Of a DNA stretch of 64,000 nt, positions 14,769 to 28,957 are shown one piece after another; the first letter of the stretch is position 1; each line of letters opens with the position of its first letter. Both the position numbers and the translations under genes were made by a program. The stretch comes from Adineta vaga (Eukaryota; Animalia; Rotifera): positions 1,302,001 to 1,366,000 of the forward strand of contig CP075493.1 in NCBI GenBank assembly GCA_021613535.1, read 5' to 3'. The notes beneath the pieces were generated by a model, which saw only the letters and a list, made by a program, of their open reading frames with translations, had not been told where the DNA came from and searched no databases.

Positions 14769-15278
14769 CTATCTTATAGAAACAATCATTTGATTTTGCT
14801 CATGTTCGGACGAGGATGTTGGATTAGAAAAATTTCGTTGATGACTTTGCTGTTGCTGTTTAGTATTATTTGCTCTTAGTGAAGATTTTGTTGCACGAAT
14901 AACATTATTTTCTTCACTTGATCGAGAATATTTAATAACAACAAGACTTATTGATAATAAAACGGCACCTGATACAATAAATGTTATACCCAAAACTTTC
15001 ATTGCTTGTCGATTACATTTAATTGCTAAAGATGATATTGATATAATATCAATTGAATCACTGCCTTTATCTGTAGGATTGATTGTACCGCAACCATCGA
15101 AATGAAATATATAAATAAGTAAAATCATACCGAGAAGAATTAATATTGATGAAAGTATGAGCATAACAATTCCACACGGAAAACTACATGCTAGAAAACG
15201 ATAGCAATAGCCACGAACAGTACCATTTTGATGTTGTTTTCTTGTATATGGAGTAAAAGCTCCGACCATTGAATGCAT
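14769..15278 (-). CDS. Small two-transmembrane protein, unknown function (169 aa)
   Basis: TM1 GIVMLILSSILILLGMILLIYIF, loop with two Cys, TM2 VLGITFIVSGAVLLSISLVVI. Confidence 0.7.
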   Translation of the reverse strand: MHSMVGAFTPYTRKQHQNGTVRGYCYRFLACSFPCGIVMLILSSILILLGMILLIYIFHFDGCGTINPTDKGSDSIDIISISSLAIKCNRQAMKVLGITFIVSGAVLLSISLVVIKYSRSSEENNVIRATKSSLRANNTKQQQQSHQRNFSNPTSSSEHEQNQMIVSIR

Positions 15279-18200
15279 TGTTTTCTGTTATTATGTGATA
15301 TTAATGATTTAGGAGACGAACTAAATGGAAATCGTTGAGACGAGCACAAAAAAAAATCGATGTAGAGAGTGATTATCCTTGAAGAAACCAACAGTCAAAT
15401 GGTTCCATCTGCTTCATCTAAAAGAATGAAAGAAATAGACAAAAAAAAGGAACTTCTTTTTTGCGTTCTATACTGAAAAAAAAACATAAGAAATCTCTGC
15501 AAGTTATTTCATGAGCAAGATGATCAATCTGAACCAATAGGTTTGTCTATTCTTATCCCAAAGGTGGGATATCTCAATAATAAATGACATCAAGGCATGT
15601 GCATATATTGAAAGAATCTCATAAATCATTAATATAGATTTCTCAATACTCATTTATTTTCGTACAAATATTTATGTCGAGAAAGATATATCATCATTGT
15701 CATTAGGTAAAAAGCATAATCATATAGTTAGACGATACAGAGAGAGAGAGACAATAGATTACTGTATTTTCAGATATTAACCACAAAATCTCGAACAGTC
15801 TAACAAAGCAAACATCGCAAAACAGCAACAAAAGATAAATACTTACTATAACTATGGAAGGACTGCGATTAGCTTTCAGTTCGGCATACTAACGAAAGAG
15901 ACAAGAAGAAAAAACAGCGAGAAATGATGACGACGATCGGAAACATTTGCGTCAACCGACATGATGACGGAATGTATAGAGGAGGTGTAGAAAGAAGTAG
16001 ACGCCGATATAAACAGATCAATCGATGAAAGAAGAAGAAGAAGAAGAAAGAAAATCATTAACTAAAGAAGAATTTTGTCCATTTCATAGCAAATTAAACA
16101 ACATGATGATGCTCGTTAAAACCTAAAGCATTCTAGCAAACTATCTTAATCATTAGTTCTGCATATATCTGTTTAAATGTTACATATTGACTAGTATAAT
16201 TAGTTCTTTTTTCTTGTCAAGTACTGTATCGAAGAGTATTTTTCTTCTTATTTAGTCGATCTTGTTTTTTCGTCATCATCGTCGTCCTCTTTTTTCTTCT
16301 ATATTTTTTTGATTAACATCAACAGAATCAGAGATCGACAATGCTCAATAGATTGAAGCAAAGAAGCGAACAACTCTGGTTTTGGTACTACAATGTGACA
16401 ATAAATTCATTCATAGAATAGAAAAATAACACGTTCTTCATCTCCGTCATTGTCGATGATGTTGTAGTATATTCTCGTTTGTTTCACTAGATTTTGGTTT
16501 TAAAATAATCGCAAGACAAGAATATATTAATAATAATGAAAAACTCGGAACTAACTCCATTGATTTCTTGAAATAAGAAGAATTTGATTTATTAATTAGA
16601 AATAAATATCTATGGAACCTTTCAAGTTAAAAGCAAAGATGAACAGTTATCTGATTTATTTCTGGATTTGCGTTCGCACTCTATTTCTTTGTCTTTTATA
16701 TCTGTTCGATCAAGCATATTTGTTTATTTGGCTCGTTTTTTCTTAACGAATATCTTTTATCATTTCTTTCTCATCGACAATACAAATCTTCTCTTAATTT
16801 AATTTACTAATACCTGCCATCCGACAAGATTTATATAGAAATTCTTTATCTAAAGACATAAATTAGTTAGTATCATGCAAATGTTATCTAAACAAATGCA
16901 GTGATTAATATGCCATCGTTCGTTATTGTTGATGCTGTTGTTGTTGTTATTGTCGTCAATCTCTAAGAAAATGCAACTATTGATTTGCTCTTTTCATTTC
17001 TCAATGCACTCGAATTACTAATGATGAAAAATATGCACGAATTTTATGATGAATTGATCGAAGAAATGAAGTGTTGATAAATTAATGTAGAAGAAGAGCA
17101 AATAAAACGAAAGAGATTTGATGAAAGATGACAGATTTTAGTTGAGTTTCATCAAAGATCAATGATTTTTTTTTTTCTTATTAATCATTTCCGTTTAAAG
17201 AACGTGACAAATGCTAACAGGTTGATATTTATTGTCAAACATTAATGACATGCATCGATGTAATTATGATGGATTGATGTGAAGAAATCTTTTGCTTTGA
17301 AACATAAAGAGAAAGAAAAAAAAAGAATCTATCTCTACGCTTCATCGTCTTCATTACGAGTATTACTTCTTTATTTTATGTCCTTGAAGAGCATGTCTTT
17401 TCCGATCTTAAATATAATGTAAGACATTGTCTTGCTTTGAAAGTCATATTCTCTCAGAAACATGTTGTTTTTCTCTGACATATTTCATAGATTTGATCTT
17501 CAATACAATATACAGACATATGTCATTTGATTATTTACAATTATTATTGAAAAGAAGAAAAGAAATCTCCATACAAATCACGAAAATTTAGTTTTATACT
17601 TAGAAGAAAAACATACTGTTTCCGTTCTCTTAGAATACTACTTCACTTCAAGTATAATAACTATCAAGAAAGAATATAAATTGACAACAGATAATAAAAT
17701 CTCTAGAATAATAATTTGAAAAGTCTCTATGTTAGTACTATTAGATTCAAAGAAGACTTCGAGGGATATTCCAGAAGTTTGATTTCGAGTATCTCTTAAT
17801 CGATTGTTTGACCTTCATCTCAACTTCTTAAACTAATCGAAAAAGCAGATATGAATATTCAGTTATTGAAGATTCGAACTGAAAATTATATTCGAAATAT
17901 AATTAGTATCTGTCATGATTATAGAATAAGAACTGTCTCGTTAATATCTCATTATCTTCGACAATCATTGTTTTCAACTAATATCGAACGACCAAGAGTA
18001 TGATAGATATAGAGAATCTAATGTTAATCGAATGTCATATGCTGGAAAAGACATTAATTGAAATAATAAACTACATTTCTTCTATCTTGTTTGCCTTTTA
18101 CGATTCAATGGAAAACAAACATATAGTTTAATCAAGGTTACCAACAGTAACATCAACAATATGTTTTCACACGTCTATAATTATAATGATTGGAATTTTA

Positions 18201-20230
18201 TTCTAAACTGTTATTAGTTCTTCTCAGTTATTAACGTAACACGTATCTATGTGATGAAGTTCTAGCGAGAACATTTATTTCTCTATACTAAGTTTCTATG
18301 TTATAGTCAAATGAGAAAAACGATTCATCGTATTTCAATTGTAATTTAATTATTGTTCATTTTGTCGAATTTTTTTATTGAAATAATGAAATATTTATTG
18401 ATATTCTTTCTTCGAGAATCTCTTCTAGAATGTCTAATGTCAATAAAATGATTTTATTCTCTTCTGAGAAGTAAATATGAAAAAAAAATCTCTTCCCGAT
18501 AATGAATCAATATGATGTTCTTTAGACAGATGGCTTCATTCGACTAGATTGTTAATAAAGATTTGAAGAGAAGTCATTATTATAAATGATATTTGAATTA
18601 ATATACCATGTTAGAAAATCAATAGAAATGATTTTCTCGAAATAAATAAAATTGAAATTCTTTTTCTTTTTTTTTTTGTTGATTCTGATCATTTCCGTTA
18701 ATTAGATTTGTAGATTATTGAAAAAATAAATCGTTTATTTGCCTTTATTAATCATATTTGAGTATATACACTTAGCCATGCAAACTTATTTAGTTCCATC
18801 GAGATTGTATCATGAGAAAAGAAATATGATGACACTAGTTCAATCCTATCTTTTCCCTCTCTCTCTTTCTCTTTCGAATCAATAAAAAACGATATAGATC
18901 ACATCGATCATTGGACGATAATTGAAAAATCAAATGAGTGCATAGTTCAAGGTTTATTCTCGGAACAAGGACGTCAGTTACATATTCAACAAAAAATAAA
19001 TCACGAAATAATAGCTCGATCTCTCGATAGTCTCCGAACGTCATTGATATAGTGACGGACGGAGGACGGCAAATGAAAAAAAAAGAAAAAGACGATGTAA
19101 TTATAGAGTAGAGAGAACTGTAACATATATATAAATGTTCATCTGGACATTTTTTTTTCTTCTCTTCTCATGTTAATCTTTTCCGTAGCATACACACTCA
19201 TAAAGTAGGGAATGAAGAAGGAAAAGCATTTTCGATCCCTCTTTTCTCTTCTCTTCTCCTTTTTCTTTTTTGCTCTCATAGAAGAACATATAGTTCAAAT
19301 ATGATTCAATACTTTTTTTTTATGATGTTTGTATCTATGTATAGACTTATTAGGAGAATAGGATCAAATTATGAAAACTAATTTGAATCGTCATCTTCGT
19401 TGAACTCATTTATAATTGTTCCGCCTTATCACTATTGTCGTACTAAGAACTCGATGTCCGGTTTATTTTCATTATGTAAGAAAGAAAGCGGAACAAAGAA
19501 TGACAATCATTATAAGTCTATCAATGAATTGTATTAGTTGTGACAGAACTTGTCGAACTATTCCATTCACTTTGTAACAACTTCTGTTGCTTTCCAACTG
19601 GTCAATCATTCAACTGTGATGAAGACTTATTACTACTAGTTTGTTTATAATGATAATGATATGTTATAGTTCACTCATCTTTAGCATACATCGACGACGA
19701 GATAATAGATAGTGCTGTGCTGGTGTATGTGTGTGTGCTGTAATCACAGACAGATATCAATGTAATCATTAGCTGACAATATTTTACATCATCCTTCTGT
19801 TTTTTTCACAAAATGTACACTGTTTCAGATTAACCATAAGACAAGAAATGCCAACAATGTGGTAAGAAACACCTGTTCAATTGCCTTTATAAGTCATAGA
19901 ACATTCTTCTTCTTCTTTTCTTTTTTCTTTTTTGTTCAGGAAATAGATAGAATATAGTATTTTTCTATGCAGAATGAGTGATGTAATCCAGAAACGAGAA
20001 TGAGAGAGTAAATCAGATCAAGCTACGCTGTATTAGACCTGTCACACTTGATCGATTGATGATCGTTTTTTGCCGACGCACGCAGATTAGCAGAAATTTC
20101 CAATCTCTTTTTTTCTTTCCTTTCTCCTCCTTCTATGATGCAATCAACTGTCATTTGTAACCGATGGTTTCAAATCAGATCAGAATTTCTATTCTAGTTG
20201 ATTCATTAAGCCAATTTGAAAAGTTCTTCA

Positions 20231-22367
20231 ATGGATATACTGGGATTAATACGTCGTTTACCTGAAATCGTTGCATACAATAAATTTGATGACGATTTTT
20301 TTGATCGTTTAAATTATTCACATACTGTAGCAATCTTAACTGTCTTTGCTATTATTGTTACAAATCGACAATTTAGTGAAAATCAAATCAAATGTTGGGT
20401 TCGTATTTTTTTTAATATCATTCGAAAAAATCTTTGTAATCAAATCAAATGAATGTTTTCCTTATAGGTTCCAGCTCAATTTACTGGTAGCTATGAACAA
20501 TATGTCAATCAAATTTGTTTCATAACAAATACATATTCACATGATCTTCATCAACCATTAAAAGATGATTTAGATGTTCGACATGAACATGAATTAAAAT
20601 ATTATCAATGGACACCATTTATTTTATTATTAATGGCAATTTTATTTTATATTCCTCATCAGTTTTGGCGTGGTTTAAGTCTTCGTAGTGGTGTCGATAT
20701 TAAAGATTTAATTGAAGCTGCTCAAACGTATCGTTCAGCTAATATTCGACATGAAGAAAAATTGAAACTATTAGATTATTTAGTCAATTGGTTGAATAGT
20801 TATTGTTCAAATACATATCGTTTAATTACACTTGAACGAAGAAAACGTTCCCTAACACGAAAAGCTCAATTCGTTCGTCTTGGACATCATGTCTTTTTTC
20901 CGATTGGAATCTACACAGGCAATTATTTAATAATTAGTTATGTATTTATTAAATTTCTTTATTTATGCAATTCAATTGGACAAATTATTCTATTAAATGC
21001 GTTATTAGGAAGACAATTTTGGTATTATGGGATTGAAATCATACATAGATATTGGACAAAACAGGTTGGATTACTTTATTCGGGGAATGAATATTTCCCT
21101 AAAGTGGTACGAAACAATGTTTTTTTTTCACAGAAAAGTTTGTTTTGGGGGAAAAGAATCAATCGCTTTTACGGAAAGATATAGAGATATAGTTGTCGAT
21201 AGCAATACTACGATCAATTCTCACGTGTATATTGTAGATGATCCATTAGAGAGATATTCTATCTTCGTTGATGTTAAGTGTCTCAATGCGTTATATCCAT
21301 CAAATGAGAGTGAGAATATATGCTTTATTTAGGTTCTATGTGATTTTACTGTCCGTGAACCCAATCATCCTCGTGAATCTCATCGTTATACTGTTCAATG
21401 TGTTTTACCATTCAATCTTTTTAATCAACAAATTTTCACCTATTTGTACTTTTGGTTATTAATCCTATCATTTTTTAATATTGCATCAATTCTGATCTGG
21501 CTTTATCGTATGTCTCCCTGTACAAGTTTTCATTATCTTGAAAGACGACTTAGTATGCATTTCTTAACACATGAACATTCAAACGAACAAGAATTGCGAC
21601 ATATATTCGTCTATCGATATTTACAAGGTGATGGAACATTCATGTTACGTTTACTTGCTTCTAACGTTAGTGATTTTGTCTGTACAAAAATTATATTAGA
21701 ACTTTATAGAAAATTTCGTACTGCCGTTTTGAATGATAAAATTGGTCGAGAATCATTATTTGAACCGACAACGGAAAAGAAAACTGAAAATGAAGATAAT
21801 CCTACAGATGATGAACATACAGATCAAACGATGACAGCTGATTTTCCACCTTTACCAAATCCTCGTCATGGCAAAATCTTCATCGAACGTGATAGACTTC
21901 GTCATACATTATCGGATACATCAGTAATAAAACTGTCTGAACCACATAGAGCTGTTTCTTTTACTTTACCAACTATTATAAACGATGATGAAATACGTTT
22001 CAGCAATCCTCTAGTTCCACCTTTGAACAAAATTCATCATCCATTAAATGCACAGATTAATTTATCTGATCAATCGATTCCTCAAAATAAAACTGTCGAA
22101 TTTCAAATCGATTCTGAAACAACATCGTTATCGACTCCACCATCAGTGTCAACTCCATCACCTCCAACATCGGCCACTGTGAAAGGTGGTCCGTCACCTT
22201 ATGCAACAACCTATGTAACAACAAAGAAACGAAATGAACATGAATTACCGTATATTGATGATAGTAATTCAAGTAATTCAACTACTGCTCATTTCGCCAA
22301 GACTGCTATTCATCAACAATCACAAACATCATCAAATACTCTTTTTCAACGAAGTCATGATGTATAA
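20231..22367 (+). CDS. Innexin (exons ~20231-20398, 20468-21106, 21333-22367)
   Basis: DDDFFDRLNYSHT, CW/VPAQFTGSYEQYVNQICF, YYQWTPFIL, FPKV/VLCDFTVR, QCVLPFNLFNQQIFTYLYFW, YLQGDGTFMLRLL. Confidence 0.95.
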
Positions 22368-22458
22368 TAATTTCTAAATATTTCCCACACATTGTCTATC
22401 GATTAGATGTTTTGTTATTTTTTTAAATAGAAGTAAATTTAAATGTTTCAGATGACAT

Positions 22459-23300
22459 TCACGTCTTTTCCATATGTCCCCACCATAAACAATATTTTCC
22501 ATCAATCATTTTTGTTGAATAGTTTTCAAAAACTTCTCTTGATCGAATCAGATCCTCCCATTCTTCAATCCATTTCGGACTTGCATTATAAATACATGAT
22601 GAAAATAAATTTCGAGTAGCATCATGAATTTCTGATAATAAATAATACATAGTTGCTTCAAGAGATTTACAAGAATATCTGAATGTAATATGTTGTAATC
22701 TAGGACAAAGATTCACTAATACCTCTAGCATCCCACCAACAAGCTGTAAGAAAACAGGAATAAAGAGGAATTTCATTTGTAAAAAAAAGAGGACAAAGGG
22801 AGGAGCAAAAGAGGAGGAGTGGGTAGCCAGTAATACTTCCATCATTTTCCTTGTATAATCATTTTTAATAGTAAGATTTTTTATTTGATATTAATCGAAA
22901 AGTTTCACTATTTTGTATTGATACTAAGTGTTTTGGAGAATCTTTTATTTGTATCCATGTTAATGTATGAATATTACGTGAATACTGTAATACATAACTA
23001 AGAAATTGAATTCCGAACAAGCATTATTCAGGAATATCTTCGACTAATTTGGGTAATAAAATGTTTTGATTCATGATGATAGATGAGTCATCGGTATGAA
23101 GCTAGCACGACGAAGCTAACACTAAAAAACAAAGATTTACATAGAAATTTTTCTAAAAATGAATTCCCGTGCATAAAAACGAAATCATTAGATCCAAAAT
23201 TTGATTCTGCATCGAATGTTGATACTTTTATACATGAGAAAATGATTGAGAGAATTTCATCTGCAATTTTTTCTTCTAGTACCATTCGATGCAGAGTTGA
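22459..23300 (-). pseudogene. C-terminal remnant of an F-box/LRR-like family gene
   Basis: LVSIQNSETFRLIS and LVNLCPRLQHIT...YSTKMIDGKYCLWW in broken frames; paralogous fragment at ~24500-24700. Confidence 0.55.
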
Positions 23301-24277
23301 ATTCTGAATGAAAATGAATTCGTTTTTATCGACTGAAATTAATTTTTAGAAAAATTCCTATGTGAATCTTTGTTTTTTAGTGTTAGCTTCGTGGTGTTTA
23401 GTTCCCACCAATATTATTAGATTTAATAAACAAAGAAACGGAAAAATAAAATCAATTCTAAAATGAAAGCAATTCAAATTATTTCTTTGAACAAAAAAGA
23501 ACAAAATGAAAGAAAGTATTAAAATATTTATGTAGATTAACATAGCATAGGATTAACGATGATACTATCAGACGCTTCGACTTCGAATTGAATAAGAAAA
23601 AACTTTCAATCTATCCCAAAACTACAATTTCATTTTATATGGTTTCTCTTCGTTTTAATCGTATAAAATTGTCATCTAGTACATATTTGTTATTGTAAAA
23701 ATGTAGAAGAGAAACAAAAGTGATAGGATAACTGAGTGAGTTGCTCAATCAATGTGAAAAGGTCTAATATTTTACAAGTGAATAATTTTTGTCGTCTGGT
23801 GATATCTTATGTTTGAATTATTCGAATGTGAAGAATACGAAGAAGATATTTTCTTATTGATGGATATGGGCAGAGATCTGTTCAAATATAAAAAAGGCTC
23901 GTTCTTAACATTCAGGGAAGAGAATATTACATTTCCTTCGTATTTGTCGTTCCATTATAAGAGAACTCCTTTGTATTTTGATGGGTTTTTATAAAAGTAT
24001 GTATTTTGTTTTTTGTTTATTACAATTGTAGATGAGTCAAAATCCACTAACTAGAAATAATGTTGACGAAATAAGGTAGCTGTTTCTGATTCCCATCAAT
24101 ACTAGACGATTTCTTTATTTAGAATGTTGGACTAAATGGCGATACACGACTACAACAACGTACAGAAAATCACATATATAACATTCATGCTGGATATTTA
24201 GCTGTAATTATCTACAATAATTATTGGTATAACTCTTATACTAATCAACAAGCTGAAAAATTCAATCAGAAAGCTGT

Positions 24278-24445
24278 CCCAGGTCTAAGAAAACGGCGTC
24301 ATAAACTACCTTAAACGATGGGAAAATGGGTACTAATACGCTACCGTAATCCGTCATTCCGGATTACGGTCAAAATTAAGGCAGTAAATTGCCGTTTTCG
24401 GTCGTTTAAGGCGCCGTTTCCGACCACCGAAATGATTGTCCTGAG
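24278..24445. mobile_element. Inverted, internally deleted copy of the 2401-2599 MITE
   Basis: Reverse complement matches caggacaatcattccggtggttggaaacggcgccttaaacgacc and aatttactgcctt. Confidence 0.8.
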
Positions 24446-24499
24446 TTTCTTTGTTGCAAATCATTTGTCAGATAAAAAATAATTTTTATTGTATGCATG

Positions 24500-24700
24500 A
24501 CTTTTTCCTAAATAGATATTTTTGTCAAACAATAAATGATTCTCCTGTATTCTTTCATATAAGACGAATCATCTTTGTTTTCAGTTTCAAATATATATAT
24601 GTTACAATCAACATCTAACATTTGTAAGTTGGCATGGATGTATATTATAGGTTCTTCGCAGAAATTATAGTACTAATACATGACAGTGAAACTTTTCGAT
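24500..24700 (+). pseudogene. Second F-box/LRR-like fragment, truncated by the hAT element
   Basis: gtgaaacttttcgatta is an inverted match to 22892-22908; LAWMYIIGSSQKL..LIHDSETFRL resembles LTWIQIKDSPKHLVSIQNSETFRL. Confidence 0.5.
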
Positions 24701-25995
24701 TAGCGGCGTAACCAGGAATCTAACGGTAATAGGGCTCAACTCCATGCTGTACATCTCCTATCGAAAATAAACGGCACACCTAGTTTTCTCATATTTTACT
24801 ATCTATCTGATCAGATATCCATATCATATCTATGACAATGATGTAGCGCCTAATTCCTATCATATTCTAAGAGTTTCAGACATGTAGCTTGAGAATTAGT
24901 GGCGAAAAGTCGTCTTAATACATCTTCTGTACTTATATAACTTTTTATAAATAACATGATGTTTTCTAGTTTAACTAGGTTTTGGGTTAAATTAATGTTT
25001 GACAAATAGCTACGTGTCTATGAGTTTCTCTTGAGTATTTGCGCAAGAATTTCTTAAACAATAAGCACATAAGGTTAAAGGCGAAATTGAAAAAGTCTAA
25101 TCCATACTCAAAAAATGGTGTAATGAACAGAGCCCGATGGTGATTAATAACAAAAGATTCATAAAGAAACACTGACCCTAGTTAATTTTAAACACTATGT
25201 TAATCCTTCGTAGCAGCCGTGGGGTCCAAGCGGACCCATCACACTTCTATCTTCCAATAAGGCTGCAATTACCTTTTCGATTGGCGATTTTTGATAACTG
25301 TATGTTGGGCAAAACTCGAAAAAATACGTTTGATTTTTTCCTCTATTATCTCCAAGTAATTATAAGACAACAACTGAAGGGATAACATGTGGACAGTCAC
25401 GAATGGTTAAAGTATATATTTGCAAGACTTTTAACAAGGTGCTTGATCTCATTACTCGGCTAATTCATTATCGAAAATGGAAACAAATTCTTCCGAAGAT
25501 AAGAAAGGGAAGAGAACTTTTTATTTTAACACTAGCTGATCGTTTTTATGAACATCTCCAAATTTATCAGTGAGCTTCTCATAGTTGGACGCAACATCAC
25601 GTTCAAAAGTAGCTAAAATATCACTATTCGTTGATTATTAGTCATTCCGTTTCTAATTGTTGTTCTAATCATTTCCATTTTTGAGAACGTTCTTTTCACA
25701 TGTCGTCGATAACGTTCGTATACTTATTAAACTTTTAGTTATTGTAATAAGTGTTTCGAGCAGCTCATATTCAATGCTTTACATATGCATTGGTTTCATT
25801 ACTACGAAGATTTGACTTTTATCGATAGTTGATATTGAAATATAATTACAGTCTTATTAGTAGAAAAGGATTGCACGAGAATGGACGTCTACTTGGTAAA
25901 TTTCATTAAACTTAGGCTTAAAGTTATCAACATCAATATTAAAACTTGGGTGGTAAGGCTAAGTTGTACCTGGCCCTACCTTGGTTACGCCACTG
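24701..25995 (-). mobile_element. Decayed hAT DNA transposon
   Basis: Terminal inverted repeats TAGCGGCGTAACCAGG / CAGTGGCGTAACCAAGG; minus-strand remnant resembling a hAT dimerisation domain (TCE.RTFSKM.MIRTTIRNGMT...FERD) at ~25560-25705; no TSD recognisable. Confidence 0.7.
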
Positions 25996-26039
25996 CTCTT
26001 GTTGGAAAATCTATGTTTCACAGGCTTTTATCTGATATG

Positions 26040-26185
26040 AAGTGTATTACTTACTTTGGTGGAAATGGAGAAGGAGAAGAATCAAAGCAATTTGCTTTGT
26101 CCCAGTAGTGGTTGACCATTTGATTGCAAAGGAACACTTTATGTTGCTGATTATGGAAATCATTGAATTCAACGATCTGATTTTA
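26040..26185 (+). pseudogene. NHL-repeat gene C-terminal remnant
   Basis: GGNGEGEESKQF...FDCKGTLYVADYGNH*IQR. Confidence 0.65.
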
Positions 26186-26329
26186 TTTTTAAATTAAAAA
26201 AGAAAATTTTATTCTAAAATTGTTTTTTTCACGAAGTCATGATGTATAATAATTCATTTCCGTTCGTTGTATCAATCATTGCCTATGAATATTACCGTAT
26301 GTGTATTAGTTTACTAATAACGTTAATCC

Positions 26330-27075
26330 TCTGGATTAGCTGACTCTTTTCTAAAAGAATACTCAATGAAGTCCCTTCGAAGAAACGTCCAAAGCACGTA
26401 AAAGTCATTTAAATCCATATTCTGAAGTATCTAGAAGTGCAGAATCTTCCGTGACACGATCGAGTTTGCGTCCCCGGAGAAATTTGTTCGCAAATGTTTC
26501 GTTTCTGAAAGGTGCCAATTCAAAAAGTTCACGTAGAAATACTACAACAATTTCCCTAAAAAGGTAAAATTTCCTCCTCCCCCGCACGGGGGCGCACACG
26601 GAAGATTCTGCAACTTTGGGAGTATCACTCTCTAAATCAACGTCTAGTCGGTCGGCCACTTAGGACTAGCCGTTGACATGAAGGCCTTCATTGTTTCGTT
26701 TACTTTTGATTCATTTCCAAAATGAATAAGTGAATTTCCTTTGGTCTTCTCTTCAGAAGGAACTGACTTTGTATTACTATAAAAGTTCCAGTTCCTCGAC
26801 CTCGATTACCAATCGTTTTCCGATAATCATCCTTAAGTTTTCATTGATTGATAGATTGCTGCAATTTGATTGAATTAAAACTTCCTTCCTCTCTAATGTT
26901 GAAATCGTATTGGTTAAAATCGTCATGTCAAATGACCCTTAATGGTCGAAACCCCGATCCAAAATAACCTTGCTTCGTCAAGCTATCACGTGAAGAAATC
27001 TGATTGGCTTGGACAAACAAACTTTGACGATTTTTAACCAGCCTATAACCCTTTCTTTCAGAAAAGAGAATTATT
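26330..27075 (-). repeat. Dispersed repeat / probable transposon remnant, related to 55485-56420
   Basis: Shares cttttctgaaagaaagggttata...aaagtttgtttgtccaagccaatcag and taatcgag.tcgaggaa with the 55.5-kb copy in opposite orientation; elevated GC. Confidence 0.55.
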
Positions 27076-27329
27076 CTCTGTCATTTTTTTATGGAAAATA
27101 GACATATCAATATTATTTCAAATATCCAAGAAGAACTGTCATACACTATCTTTTTGTTCATATTCAAATGAGATTTATAAAGATATATATAATTGAATGT
27201 CATGTATACTGATGAACTCTATAGTCTTATTTGATCCATAGATATCGTACACTTTGCAACGAATAGAAAGAAATTGATAGAAGCACACACATTCGATATT
27301 GCATAGTAACTCATTCATCAACGTGATTC

Positions 27330-28215
27330 ATTTTTATTCGTTGGTCAGCACCAACAACAACAGCAACATACAGAGAATTATCGTCACAGTTATTTCTTGT
27401 GAACCAGTATGAATATATGTTCGCAGCCGAAACTGGATCACTAATAGCATTGATTTAATGTTATACACAACGATGGAAAGAAAGAAATTTTCATTCTTAC
27501 CATTGCTGTAACTATTCAACACGGTATAACTTTGATCTTGTTGAATCTCAATCAATTCTGTCAGATAACGTAGGATTGATTGCGACTCGTGCAAGAATAA
27601 TTTTTGGATTGAACTAATTTAATGCAAAGATTTTCGAATAAAAATGGAAGCACGGGCCTTTATTTTTATATCTATGGAATGTAAACCGTACAAGCTTTGT
27701 TTTCGGCGTATCAATACCTATGGCAACATTCGTTACATTAAGATCAAAACCATCAAGCACACGTGTAGTGGAAAAGATTGAAGGCAAACATAACAAAAAG
27801 CTTATTTTATTTTTGTAATTTATCCGAAATAAAATTTTTGCATGTGTTATTAAATGTCTTTTCGAACTGATCTGTCTCTCTTTTTATTGATAATCAATAT
27901 GTTTTCGTCTTTTTGCTCGATCTTAGATCAAGAAAAGAAACGACAGTTAGATGGTTACGGATATACGAGTAAAACAAATGAATTTAAAAAAATGACGATA
28001 TAGTCTTACTAGAATTTCTCATTAAAATCATACAGAATTATGTTTTTATGTCAATATTCCTTCATAGATTGCAGAATTCACGAAATCTTTTAATCAATAT
28101 ATTAGATCACATTGTCAGTCTTGTCTTGTATGGTAATAATAACCATTGCAATTTATTTGATGATGCATCTTACTGCGTGTTGTTGAAATGTTGATCGGAT
28201 GTGAGATCAACTAAA
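27330..28215 (-). pseudogene. Degenerate spliced gene of unknown identity
   Basis: Exon-like pieces with GT/AG boundaries; TRVLDGFDLNVTNVAIGIDTPK...LHESQSILRYLTELIEIQ joined across a frameshift. Confidence 0.3.
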
Positions 28216-28957
28216 AAGGAAAAATAAAAGAGTAGGGAGTTAGTAAATCTCAATAAAACTGAACTCATCGAAAAACAAAAAAAAAATAACAATATGAAGC
28301 AAAAATTGCTTAATTCTTTGAAAAGACCCATATTTTACTTTAACTACACCGATATAAAGAATGTTTAAGCTCTTCAGTTCAACTGAACAATGACACTTCA
28401 GCCACTTGCATTCAGAAAAATTATATTACAGTAACTATCGATAAATCTTTCCATTCTACTGTTCAGGAGAATGTCGCTCCACTTGCATATGAATAATACC
28501 GTGTCATTTATTAAATAGTTTACACATCACAAACGCGTTTCTAAATCACTTTAGAGTTTCACAATCAAATGTATATGAATGTCTGTATTGTTTTGGACAT
28601 TTCATGTACTATAAAAAGAATATGTATTGATTTTTTCTTTATGATGTCTTCTGTTCAGTATCTAACGCCCTCTATTAATACATTTTATTTACTTCGAAAT
28701 ATTAAGAAAAAACGACAGAAATCGAAACTATATTTTACTGACATAAAACACAAATTAGATATTCATCTAAAACTCTAATATCATCTCGTGATGAATCATT
28801 GGATATTGAAGATTGTCTATGTATGTTTTATAGTTAATCATATCATAATATAGCATACCGTCACCGTCTTTTAAAAAATATTCTTGTTCATTGCAAACAG
28901 ATTGTTGTCAATTTTTACGGTTGTTTTTCTAGATATCCTTGAAAAACATCAATAACA

